Assembly (NCBI GenBank): GCA_964291495.2
Contig: OZ219872.1
Span: forward strand, 480,001 to 544,000
Reading direction: 5' to 3'
Length of the DNA: 64,000 nucleotides
From: Dehalococcoidia bacterium
GTDB lineage: Bacteria; Chloroflexota; Dehalococcoidia; UBA2979
Shown here: positions 56,407-64,000 of the stretch, one piece after another
Position numbering within the stretch: the stretch's first letter is position 1
How the letters are laid out: each line of letters opens with the position of its first letter
Translations under genes and position numbers: made by a program
Notes under the pieces: model-generated
The model's database searches: none
What the model was told of the DNA's origin: nothing
Seen by the model: the letters and a program-made list of their open reading frames with translations, nothing else

Positions 56407-57696
56407 CTACGCGCCCTCCGCCGCCACGCCCGAGGCGACAAGCGCGTCTATCTCGTCCTCGGGCAGGCCGAACTCGCGCAGCAGCTCGCGGGTGTGGCGG
56501 CCGACCGGCGGGGCGGCGCTGCGCGCGCGCGTCGGCGTCTCCGAGAGCTCGATGATCGGGCCGACCACGCGCTGCGGGCCCGTCACCTCGTGCTCGAGCT
56601 CCGCCATGATGCCCTCGGCGGCGACCTGCGGATCGTCGGACATCTCCTCCGGCAGGTTGACCGGCGAGACGGGCGTGCCCGCCGCCTCGAAGGCCTCGAC
56701 CCACTCGGCGACGGTGCGCTCGGCGATGCGATCGCGGATCACCTGCTTCCAGCGCTCGGCCTCGGCCAGGTTGACGGGATCGAGGGCGTCGTAGTCCGGG
56801 TCGTCGCAGTTCTCGCCCTCGAGGCCGAGGACCTGCCGCATTGCGTCGCGGTTCGCCTTGGTGAGCGCGCCGAGGACCACGCCGCCGTCCTTCGCCTGGT
56901 AGCCGTTGTAGTAGAGCGCGAACTGCGTCCCCAGCTCGCGGCCGGCCATGCGGATGTCGACCACCTCGCGGTAGTCGGCGCCTCTCGCGCGCGCCTCGTC
57001 GACCTTCGCCATCGTCACGTCGCGCACGGCGCTGTCGGAGACCGGCTCGCGCATCGTGATGTGGCCCTGCCCGAACATCGCCGAGCGCAGCAGCGAGCCG
57101 GAGACCTTCTGGCCCTCGCCGGTTTGTTCGCGGTGGTAGAGGGCCGTGCTCACGCCCATCGCGGTGGCGATGCCCGTCATGTAGTCGGCCCAGGCGCCGG
57201 CCTTGAGCGCCAGCGGCTCGCCGCCCTCGCCGACCTTGCCCTCGCCCGCCATCAGCCCGGAGTAGGCCTGCGCGACGATGTCCGAGGCCGGGAACCCGGC
57301 CAGCCGCCCGCGCGTCCCGAAGCCCGTGCTCTCCACGTAGATCAGGTCCGGCCGGATCGCGCGCAGCGTCTCGTAGTCGATGCCCAGCCGCTTCGCCACG
57401 CCGAGGCGGTAGTTCACGATCACCACGTCGGTGCGCGGCACGAGCCGGTGGATCAGCGCCCGCCCCTCCTCGCGGCCGAGGTCGACGACGAGGCTGCGCT
57501 TGCCTCGGTTGAAGTTCTGGAACAGCTTGCCCTCGTTCGGCACGACCGCGCGGTTGCGGCGGTGCGGCTCGCCGCCGGGCGGCTCCACCTTCACCACGTC
57601 CGCGCCGAGGTCGCCGAGGATCACGCCGCAGACCGGCCCGGCGACCACCACCGAGAACTCGAGCACCCGGATCCCGTCGAGCGCGCCTGCGCGCAT
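56407..57696 (-). CDS. CoA-transferase family III (CaiB/BaiF)
   Basis: LDGIRVLE, AGP, DLGADVVKVEPP.GE, NRGKRSL, NYR and QAYSGLM motifs. Confidence 0.94.
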   Translation of the reverse strand: MRAGALDGIRVLEFSVVVAGPVCGVILGDLGADVVKVEPPGGEPHRRNRAVVPNEGKLFQNFNRGKRSLVVDLGREEGRALIHRLVPRTDVVIVNYRLGVAKRLGIDYETLRAIRPDLIYVESTGFGTRGRLAGFPASDIVAQAYSGLMAGEGKVGEGGEPLALKAGAWADYMTGIATAMGVSTALYHREQTGEGQKVSGSLLRSAMFGQGHITMREPVSDSAVRDVTMAKVDEARARGADYREVVDIRMAGRELGTQFALYYNGYQAKDGGVVLGALTKANRDAMRQVLGLEGENCDDPDYDALDPVNLAEAERWKQVIRDRIAERTVAEWVEAFEAAGTPVSPVNLPEEMSDDPQVAAEGIMAELEHEVTGPQRVVGPIIELSETPTRARSAAPPVGRHTRELLREFGLPEDEIDALVASGVAAEGA

Positions 57697-57786
57697 CGCG
57701 ACCTCCCGTGCGGGCGGCATCGGGCCACTCCCGCACCGCGCGCATGGTAGCGTGCGCCCGCAGCGAGGCGGGAGAGGAGCCGCGCG

Positions 57787-58518
57787 GTGATCAAGGCAAT
57801 CCTGGCGCTCTGGGCGGAGGACGACCTGGAGCCGCTGGACGTCCAGTGGGAGCTGGTCGACCGCTGCGCGGAGACGGTGCTCGGCAGCGGCGCCGCGCCG
57901 CCACCGCTCGGTCTCGCGCTCAACCTCGCCGACCTCGCCAGCGGCGAGCGCTGGGATCGCGGCGGACCGGAAGGGCCGATGGCGGACGCGCTGGTCGCCG
58001 TCTGGGCCAAGGACGCCTGGGCCGAGGACGGAACGCTCGCGGCCTTCGCCGACGCCCTCGCGGGCACGGAGGGCGTCGCCCGCCTCGCGGGCTGGACGGT
58101 CGAGGAGCACTACCCGAAGCGCTACGAGCGCGACTGGGTAGACGGCGAGCTGACGCCGGGCGTGAAGATGATGACGCTGATGCGGCTCGCTCCGGGCCGC
58201 TCGCACGAGCAGTGCGCACGCCACTGGCGCGAGGTGCACACGGGCCTCGCGCTGCGCATCCACGTCGGGATGCAGCACTACGTGCAGAACGTCGTCCACG
58301 CGCCCCTCGCCGGCGCCGACCCCGACGTCTTCGGCATCGTCGAGCTGCACATGCGATCGCGCGAGGCCTTCCGCGAGGAGCGCTACGACTCCGACGAAGG
58401 GCGGCGCGAGATCTACGAGGACATCCCGAAGTTCATGGCGCTGGACCGCGCGACCGGCGGCTACTTCACGGAGCGCATCCTGCGCACCCCGCCCGGAGAG
58501 GCGCGGGGCGCCTCGTAG
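57787..58518 (+). CDS. EthD-like domain protein
   Basis: HWREVH..LA, YVQN, GIVEL and ED.PKF in the C-terminal half. Confidence 0.75.
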   Translation: MIKAILALWAEDDLEPLDVQWELVDRCAETVLGSGAAPPPLGLALNLADLASGERWDRGGPEGPMADALVAVWAKDAWAEDGTLAAFADALAGTEGVARLAGWTVEEHYPKRYERDWVDGELTPGVKMMTLMRLAPGRSHEQCARHWREVHTGLALRIHVGMQHYVQNVVHAPLAGADPDVFGIVELHMRSREAFREERYDSDEGRREIYEDIPKFMALDRATGGYFTERILRTPPGEARGAS

Positions 58519-58547
58519 CGGCCGGGCTTCGCGGAAGGGACGCGGCG

Positions 58548-59387
58548 ATGCAACAGTTCGAGGGCCGCGCGGCGGTCGTCACCGGCGGTGCGAGCGGCAT
58601 CGGCCGCGCGCTCGCCACGCGCTTCGCCGAGGCGGGCATGCGCATCGTGCTCGCCGATGTCGAGCGCGACGCCCTCGAGGCGACCGCAGGCGAGCTGCGG
58701 GACGGCGGCGCGGAGGTGCTCGCCGTCGAGACGGATGTCTCGAGCGCGGAGAGCGTCGACGCCCTCGCAGACCGCGCGTACGAGGCGTTCGGCGCGGTCC
58801 ACGTGGTCTGCAACAACGCCGGGGTGGGCGGCGCGAACGTCGCCGCCTACCGCGCCACGCTCGCCGACTGGCAGTGGACGCTCGGCGTGAACCTCTGGGG
58901 CGTGATCCACGGCGTGCGCGCCTTCGTCCCGAGGATGCTCGACGGCGGGGAGGAGGGCCACGTCGTCAACACCGCCTCGATCGCGGGGCTGACTCCGCTA
59001 CCCGGCAACGCCCCCTACGGCGTGAGCAAGGCCGGGGTGGTCGCGCTGACCGAGTCGCTGTACCTGGAGCTGGAGCGGCGGGGCGCGCCGGTGCGCGCCT
59101 CGGTGCTCTGCCCGGGCATCGTGCAGACGAACATCCTGGACTCCCAGCGCAATCGGCCGGAGGCGCTGCGCAATCCCGAACCGCCGCGCCCCGATCCGGC
59201 GCAGGAGCGACTGCGCGAAGAGTTCGCGCGGAGCGCGATCGCGCCCGCCGAGGTCGCCGCGAAGGTCTTCGAGGCGATCCGCGATGAGCGCTTCTGGATC
59301 CTCACGCACGACATCGACTCGTGGATACGCCGCCGCAGCGAGGGCATCCTCTCTCGCGCCAACCCGCAGGCCCGGCCGCGCGGGTAG
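58548..59387 (+). CDS. SDR (tandem paralog 1)
   Basis: TGGASGIG, CNNAGV and YGVSK motifs. Confidence 0.93.
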   Translation: MQQFEGRAAVVTGGASGIGRALATRFAEAGMRIVLADVERDALEATAGELRDGGAEVLAVETDVSSAESVDALADRAYEAFGAVHVVCNNAGVGGANVAAYRATLADWQWTLGVNLWGVIHGVRAFVPRMLDGGEEGHVVNTASIAGLTPLPGNAPYGVSKAGVVALTESLYLELERRGAPVRASVLCPGIVQTNILDSQRNRPEALRNPEPPRPDPAQERLREEFARSAIAPAEVAAKVFEAIRDERFWILTHDIDSWIRRRSEGILSRANPQARPRG

Positions 59388-59408
59388 GCGGGACGGGGAG
59401 GACGAGCG

Positions 59409-60254
59409 ATGCAGGAGTTCGAGGGCCGCGTGGCCGTCGTCACCGGCGCGGCAAGCGGCGTCGGGCGCGGGCTCGCCCAACGCTTCGCCGAGGAGGGCAT
59501 GCGCGTCGTGCTCGCCGATGTCGAGCGCGACGCCCTCGAAGCGGCCACGGGCGAGCTGCGCGGCACGGGAGCGGAGCTGCTCGCTGTCGAGACCGACGTC
59601 TCGAGCGCGGAGAGCGTCGACGCCCTCGCAGACCGCGCGTACGAGGCGTTCGGCGCGGTCCACGTGGTGTGCAACAACGCCGGAGTCGGCGGGGGCCGGG
59701 GCGCGACGCAGGACACCACCGTCGCCGACTGGGGGTGGATCCTCGGCGTGAACCTCTGGGGCGTGATCCACGGCGTGCGCTCGTTCGTTCCGAGGATGCT
59801 CGACGGTGGCGAGGAGGGCCACGTCGTCAACACCTCCTCGGGAGCGGGGCTGGCCGCGACGCCGTTCAACACGGTCTACGGCACGAGCAAGGCGGGCGTG
59901 GTGGCGCTGACCGAGTCGCTGCACCTCGAACTGGAGCTGCGCGGCGCGCCCGTGCGCGCCTCGGTGCTCTGTCCCGGCCTGATCCGGACGAACATCCTCG
60001 ACGCCGAGCGCAACCGGCCGGAGGCGCTGCGCAACCCCGGCGAGCCGCCGCCCGAGGGCCGGGCTCGCGCCCGCCTGCGCGAGGCGATGGCCAGCAGCGG
60101 GACGCCGCCCGCCGCGGTCGCCGCGCAGGTCGTCGAGGCGATCCGCGATCAGCGCTTCTGGATCCTGACGCACGATGATATTGATCCGTGGGTGCGGCAG
60201 CGGGCCGAGAACATCCTGGCCCGCACGAACCCGAGCGCCAGCCTCGGCGGCTGA
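59409..60254 (+). CDS. SDR (tandem paralog 2)
   Basis: TGAASGVG, CNNAGV and YGTSK motifs. Long identical blocks shared with the preceding gene. Confidence 0.93.
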   Translation: MQEFEGRVAVVTGAASGVGRGLAQRFAEEGMRVVLADVERDALEAATGELRGTGAELLAVETDVSSAESVDALADRAYEAFGAVHVVCNNAGVGGGRGATQDTTVADWGWILGVNLWGVIHGVRSFVPRMLDGGEEGHVVNTSSGAGLAATPFNTVYGTSKAGVVALTESLHLELELRGAPVRASVLCPGLIRTNILDAERNRPEALRNPGEPPPEGRARARLREAMASSGTPPAAVAAQVVEAIRDQRFWILTHDDIDPWVRQRAENILARTNPSASLGG

Positions 60255-60297
60255 GCGCAGGCTCACGAGGAAACGGACGCGACGAGGGAGGCGGCCT

Positions 60298-61164
60298 GTG
60301 GAGCTGGGAGCGGGGTTCCCGCAGCGCGCGATCGGCAGCGACAGCGTGGCGTTGCGCGACTACGTGCAGGGTGTCGAGCAGCTCGGCTACGCGCACATCC
60401 GCGCCGCCGACCACGTGCTCGGCGCCGACGCGTCGCAGTACGAGCTGGAGGGGCCGTACACGCACCACGCGATCTTCCGCGAGCCGCTCGTGATGTTCGG
60501 CTACGCCGCCGCCGTCACCTCCAGCATCAAGCTCGTCACCAGCGTGCTGATCCTCTCGCAGCGCCAGACCGCGCTCGTCGCCAAGCAGGCGGCCGAGGTC
60601 GACCTGCTCTCCGGCGGGCGGTTCGAGCTGGGCATCGGCAGCGGCTGGAACGAGGTCGAGTACGAGGCGCTGGGCGTCGACTTCGCGACGCGCGGCTCGC
60701 GCATCGAGGAACAGATCGGGCTGCTGCGCCGGCTCTGGGAGGAGCCCCTCGTCACCTTCGAGGGCGAGCACCACGCCGTCCGCGACGCCGGCATCAACCC
60801 GCTGCCCGGGCGGCGCATCCCGATCTGGATGGGCGGCTACGCGCGCGTGATGATGGAGCGCACGGGCCGCCTCGGCGACGGCTGGCTCGTGCCGCCGCGT
60901 TTCCACAGTCCCGAGGGCTTCCTGCCGCGCCGCGATCGCGTGCTCGCCGCCGCCGAGCAGGCCGGCCGCGACCCCTCGGAGATCGGCTTCAACCTGAGCG
61001 TCAGCACGAAGGGCAAGGACCTGGACGAGCAGCTGCGCCGCGCCGAGCTGTGGCGCGGGATGGGCGCGACGCGCTTCACCGTCAGCACCAACACCTCCGG
61101 CATGGCGACGGTGGGCGAGCACCTCGAGGCGCTGCGCGCCTTCATCGAGGCGTACCCGGGGTAG
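60298..61164 (+). CDS. LLM-class putative F420-dependent oxidoreductase
   Basis: DHVLGAD, EPLV.FGY, QRQTALVAKQAAEVDLLSGGR and GWNEVEYEALG motifs. GTG start after GGGAGG. Confidence 0.92.
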   Translation: MELGAGFPQRAIGSDSVALRDYVQGVEQLGYAHIRAADHVLGADASQYELEGPYTHHAIFREPLVMFGYAAAVTSSIKLVTSVLILSQRQTALVAKQAAEVDLLSGGRFELGIGSGWNEVEYEALGVDFATRGSRIEEQIGLLRRLWEEPLVTFEGEHHAVRDAGINPLPGRRIPIWMGGYARVMMERTGRLGDGWLVPPRFHSPEGFLPRRDRVLAAAEQAGRDPSEIGFNLSVSTKGKDLDEQLRRAELWRGMGATRFTVSTNTSGMATVGEHLEALRAFIEAYPG

Positions 61165-61171
61165 GTGGCCC

Positions 61172-61756
61172 GTGAAGATCTACACGCGCACCGGCGACGA
61201 GGGCGACACCGGGCTGTTCGGCGGGCCGCGCGTGCCCAAGGACGACGCCCGCGTCGAGGCCTACGGCGCCGTCGACGAGCTGAACGCCGTCCTGGGCGTC
61301 GCCGCCGCGGGCCTCGACAGCGAGGCCTCACCGGACCTCGCGGAGATGCTGCACGAGATCCAGTCGACGCTGTTCGACCTCGGCGGCGAGCTGGCCACGC
61401 CGGACGCGCGCGAGCGCGCGGCGAGCGGCAAGCTCACGCCCCTGCTCGCCGAGGGGTCGAGCGAGCGCCTCGAGGGCTGGATCGACGCGCTGGAGGAGGA
61501 GCTGGAGCCGCTGACGCAGTTCATCCTGCCGGGCGGCGCGCCGGTGGCCGCCGCACTGCACCACGCGCGCACGGTCTGCCGCCGCGCCGAGCGGCGCGCG
61601 GTCTCGCTGGCGGCCTTGGAGGAGGTGGCGGGCGAGCTGCTGGTCTACCTCAACCGGCTCTCGGACTTCCTGTTCGTCGCGGCCCGCGCCGTCAACCGCC
61701 GCGAGGGCGTCGAGGAGCCGCGCTGGGCCTCGCCGCGCGGGGCTGGGGAGAGTTGA
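61172..61756 (+). CDS. pduO: ATP:cob(I)alamin adenosyltransferase, PduO type
   Basis: KIYTRTGDEGDT, YGAVDELN, FILPGG, RTVCRRAER and YLNRLSD motifs. Confidence 0.94.
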   Translation: MKIYTRTGDEGDTGLFGGPRVPKDDARVEAYGAVDELNAVLGVAAAGLDSEASPDLAEMLHEIQSTLFDLGGELATPDARERAASGKLTPLLAEGSSERLEGWIDALEEELEPLTQFILPGGAPVAAALHHARTVCRRAERRAVSLAALEEVAGELLVYLNRLSDFLFVAARAVNRREGVEEPRWASPRGAGES

Positions 61757-61768
61757 CGGCCTCGGGCG

Positions 61769-62845
61769 TTACGCGGTGGCGGCGACGGGAGCGAGCGCCA
61801 TGGCGGCCTCGCGCAGCAACTCGACGGTCTCGTCCCAGCCGATGCAGGCATCGGTGATCGAGACGCCGTAACGGAGCGTGCTCGCGTCGTCGCCGAGCGA
61901 CTGGTTGCCCTCGTTGAGATGACTCTCGAGCATCAGGCCGATGATGCCGCCGTTGCCCGCCGCGCGTTGCGCGATGACGTCGCGGAATGCGATCGACTGG
62001 CGCCGGTGGTCCTTGCTGGAGTTGGCATGGCTGCAGTCGACGAGCACGGTCGGCTGGAGGCCGGCGGCCTCGAGCCGCTCGTGCGTCGCGCGCACGGACT
62101 CCGCGTCGAAGTTCGGTCCGTCGCTGCCGCCGCGCAGCACGATGTGCCCGAAGGGGTTGCCGCTCGTCTGCACCGTGCAGGTCCGACCCTCGCGGTCGAT
62201 ACCCAGAAACGCGTGCGGCTCGCGCGCCGAGAGCAGCCCGTTTACGGCGACCTCGATGTTGCCGTCGGTGCTGTTCTTGAAGCCGACCGGCATGCTCAGA
62301 CCGCTTGCCATCTGGCGGTGCGTCTGGCTCTCCGTCGTACGCGCGCCGATCCCGACCCAGGAGATCAGGTCGGCGAGGTACTGCGGCGCGATCGGGTCCA
62401 GGAACTCCGTACCCGCCGGCAGCCCGAGGCCGCCGATCTCGATCAGCAACTGGCGCGCCCGCCGCAGGCCGGCGTCGATGTTGAACGAGCCATCGAGGTC
62501 CGGGTCGTAGATCAGGCCCTTCCAGCCGACGGTCGTGCGCGGCTTCTCGAAGTAGACCCGCATCACCACCAGCACGCGGTCCTCGATCTCACGAGCGAGA
62601 GCCGCGAGGCGCCGCGCGTACTCGATCGCCGAGCGCTCGTCGTGAATCGAGCAGGGCCCGGCGACGAACAGCATCCGGTCGTCCTTGCCGGACAGGATCT
62701 CCTCGATCTCGCGGCGGCCCCGCACCACGGTCTCCAGCACATCCGGCGGAATCGGCAGCTCGGTCTCGAACTCGGCCGGCGTCGGCAGCGGGATCGTGTC
62801 GACGACGTGGAGGTCGGAGACGGGGCGGTCGAGGTAGTCGGCCAT
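61769..62845 (-). CDS. DAHP synthase, class I-alpha (AroF/G/H type)
   Basis: GPCSIHD, MRVYFEKPRTTVGWKGLI, IGARTTESQ.HR, GFKN, DCSHANS and SITDACI motifs. Confidence 0.96.
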   Translation of the reverse strand: MADYLDRPVSDLHVVDTIPLPTPAEFETELPIPPDVLETVVRGRREIEEILSGKDDRMLFVAGPCSIHDERSAIEYARRLAALAREIEDRVLVVMRVYFEKPRTTVGWKGLIYDPDLDGSFNIDAGLRRARQLLIEIGGLGLPAGTEFLDPIAPQYLADLISWVGIGARTTESQTHRQMASGLSMPVGFKNSTDGNIEVAVNGLLSAREPHAFLGIDREGRTCTVQTSGNPFGHIVLRGGSDGPNFDAESVRATHERLEAAGLQPTVLVDCSHANSSKDHRRQSIAFRDVIAQRAAGNGGIIGLMLESHLNEGNQSLGDDASTLRYGVSITDACIGWDETVELLREAAMALAPVAATA

Positions 62846-63099
62846 GGCGTCCTCCCGGGACGGGTACGTGTCAGCGCGGTGCGCCGTGTTGCCTCAAGTG
62901 GCCGGGCGGCCGGACCGTCCGCGAGGGTGCCCGCGAACCTGGGGAGCCGTCGGCGCGAATAATCGTAGCATCGCGATCGTTCTGCCGATAGCGCGTGCTA
63001 TGTCAATCGGCGTGAACTTCGTCCGCCCTCGCGCCCCGTCGCCGCGGCGCGCTACCCTGCGCGCGGCGCATACGCAGCGCCGCACGAGAGGCAGGCCCG

Positions 63100-64000
63100 A
63101 TGGCGGATGACGGCGCCTTCGCGCTCCACGTCCCGGTGCACTATCGGCGGCTCGGCAACGGGCTGCGTGTCGTCGTCTCGCCCGACGACTCGGCGCCGAT
63201 CGTGGCCGTCGCCGTCTACTACGAGGTCGGCTTCCGGCTCGAGCCGCGCGGGCGCTCCGGATTCGCTCACCTCTTCGAGCACCTGATGTTCCAGGGCTCC
63301 GGCCAGCTCGCGAAGATGGAGCTCGTCCAGCTCGTGCAGCAGAACGGCGGCGTCCTCAACGGCACCACCCGCACCGACTACACCAACTACTTCGAGGTGC
63401 TGCCGAAGTCCGCGCTGGAGCTCGCGCTCTGGCTGGAGGCGGACCGCATGCGCGGTCCGCGCATCACCCAGGAGGAGCTCGACAACCAGCGCGACGTGGT
63501 CAAGAACGAGGTGCGCGTCAACGTGCTCAACCGTCCCTACGGCGGCTTCCCCTGGATCGACATGTGCGAGCGCGCCTTCCACAACTGGCACAACTCCCAC
63601 AACGGCTACGGCGAGTTCGAGGACCTCGACGCCGCCAGCCTCGACGACGTGTGGGCCTTCTTCGGCGACTACTACTCGCCCCGGAACGCCGTGCTCGTGA
63701 TCGTCGGCGACGTGGATACGGAGGAGGCATTCGCGCTGGCCGAGCGGCACTTCGGCTCGATCGAGGGCGCGCCGGCCCCGCCGCCGCCGGACCTCGGCGA
63801 GCCGCGGCAGGAGGCCGCGCAGGCCTTCACGAAGCCCGACCCGCTCGCCAGCCAGCCGGCGCTCGCCTTCGCCTACCACACGCCCGAGCGCGACACGACC
63901 GAGTTCCTCGCGATGGGCGTGCTGCACCAGCTGCTCGCGGGGGGCGACGACTCGCTGCTGCATCGCGAGCTGGTCAGCCGCCGTGGCTATAGCGGGCAGG
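63100..64000 (+). CDS. M16 (insulinase/pitrilysin) zinc peptidase, 3'-truncated by window
   Basis: Read by hand from ATG 63100: LGNGLRVV, GFAHLFEHLMFQG (HxxEH), LEADRM, VVKNE and YYSP.NAVL. Missing from the ORF track because there is no stop inside the window. Confidence 0.92.
   Translation, partial: MADDGAFALHVPVHYRRLGNGLRVVVSPDDSAPIVAVAVYYEVGFRLEPRGRSGFAHLFEHLMFQGSGQLAKMELVQLVQQNGGVLNGTTRTDYTNYFEVLPKSALELALWLEADRMRGPRITQEELDNQRDVVKNEVRVNVLNRPYGGFPWIDMCERAFHNWHNSHNGYGEFEDLDAASLDDVWAFFGDYYSPRNAVLVIVGDVDTEEAFALAERHFGSIEGAPAPPPPDLGEPRQEAAQAFTKPDPLASQPALAFAYHTPERDTTEFLAMGVLHQLLAGGDDSLLHRELVSRRGYSGQ

Noticed and set aside
62894-62971. Short ORF MLRLFAPTAPQ... as an aromatic-amino-acid leader for DAHP synthase
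   Set aside because: Only one Phe, no Tyr/Trp cluster and no convincing terminator.
467-63992. Many long Arg/Ala/Gly/Pro-rich ORFs in the track (e.g. 51824-55000 +, 21012-23360 +, 31907-34294 +, 1912-3603 +, 63052-63963 -)
   Set aside because: They are antisense or off-frame shadows of well-supported genes. Stop codons are scarce at this GC content and the ORFs carry no family motifs.

Overview
A high-GC bacterial chromosomal segment. F420 biosynthesis genes (cofC/cofD), F420-dependent LLM/PPOX enzymes, many SDR and enoyl-CoA hydratase paralogs, DUF3090 and Pro/Thr-linker lipoproteins suggest Chloroflexota (Dehalococcoidia-like); this is inferred, not confirmed. Layout: 1-31.8 kb is mostly catabolic/redox genes plus ilvD and murB. 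31.8-41.7 kb holds three large exported proteins (15 Ig-like repeats; 5 CBM-like modules plus a lamin-tail domain; an SH3-tipped lipoprotein bracketed by an 86-bp duplication of the amt 3' end). 43.3-53.1 kb is an unusual histidine operon. 53-64 kb has birA, an MFS transporter, a CoA-transferase, tandem SDRs, an LLM, PduO, DAHP synthase and a partial M16 peptidase. The his operon is the most interesting part. It has an unannotated His-rich leader peptide with a full attenuator, a single-chain double HisG, a Zn-phospholipase-C-fold gene between hisG and hisD, and a HisB fused to an N-terminal HTH with an upstream palindrome. A DUF4258/DUF2283 pair, a DNA methyltransferase and a lower-GC MTase-like gene are also inserted within it. 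A separate small promoter-SD-23 aa ORF-hairpin unit lies upstream of birA. No tRNA, rRNA, CRISPR array, integrase or transposase was recognised. All calls come from reading motifs by eye; no database searches were run.
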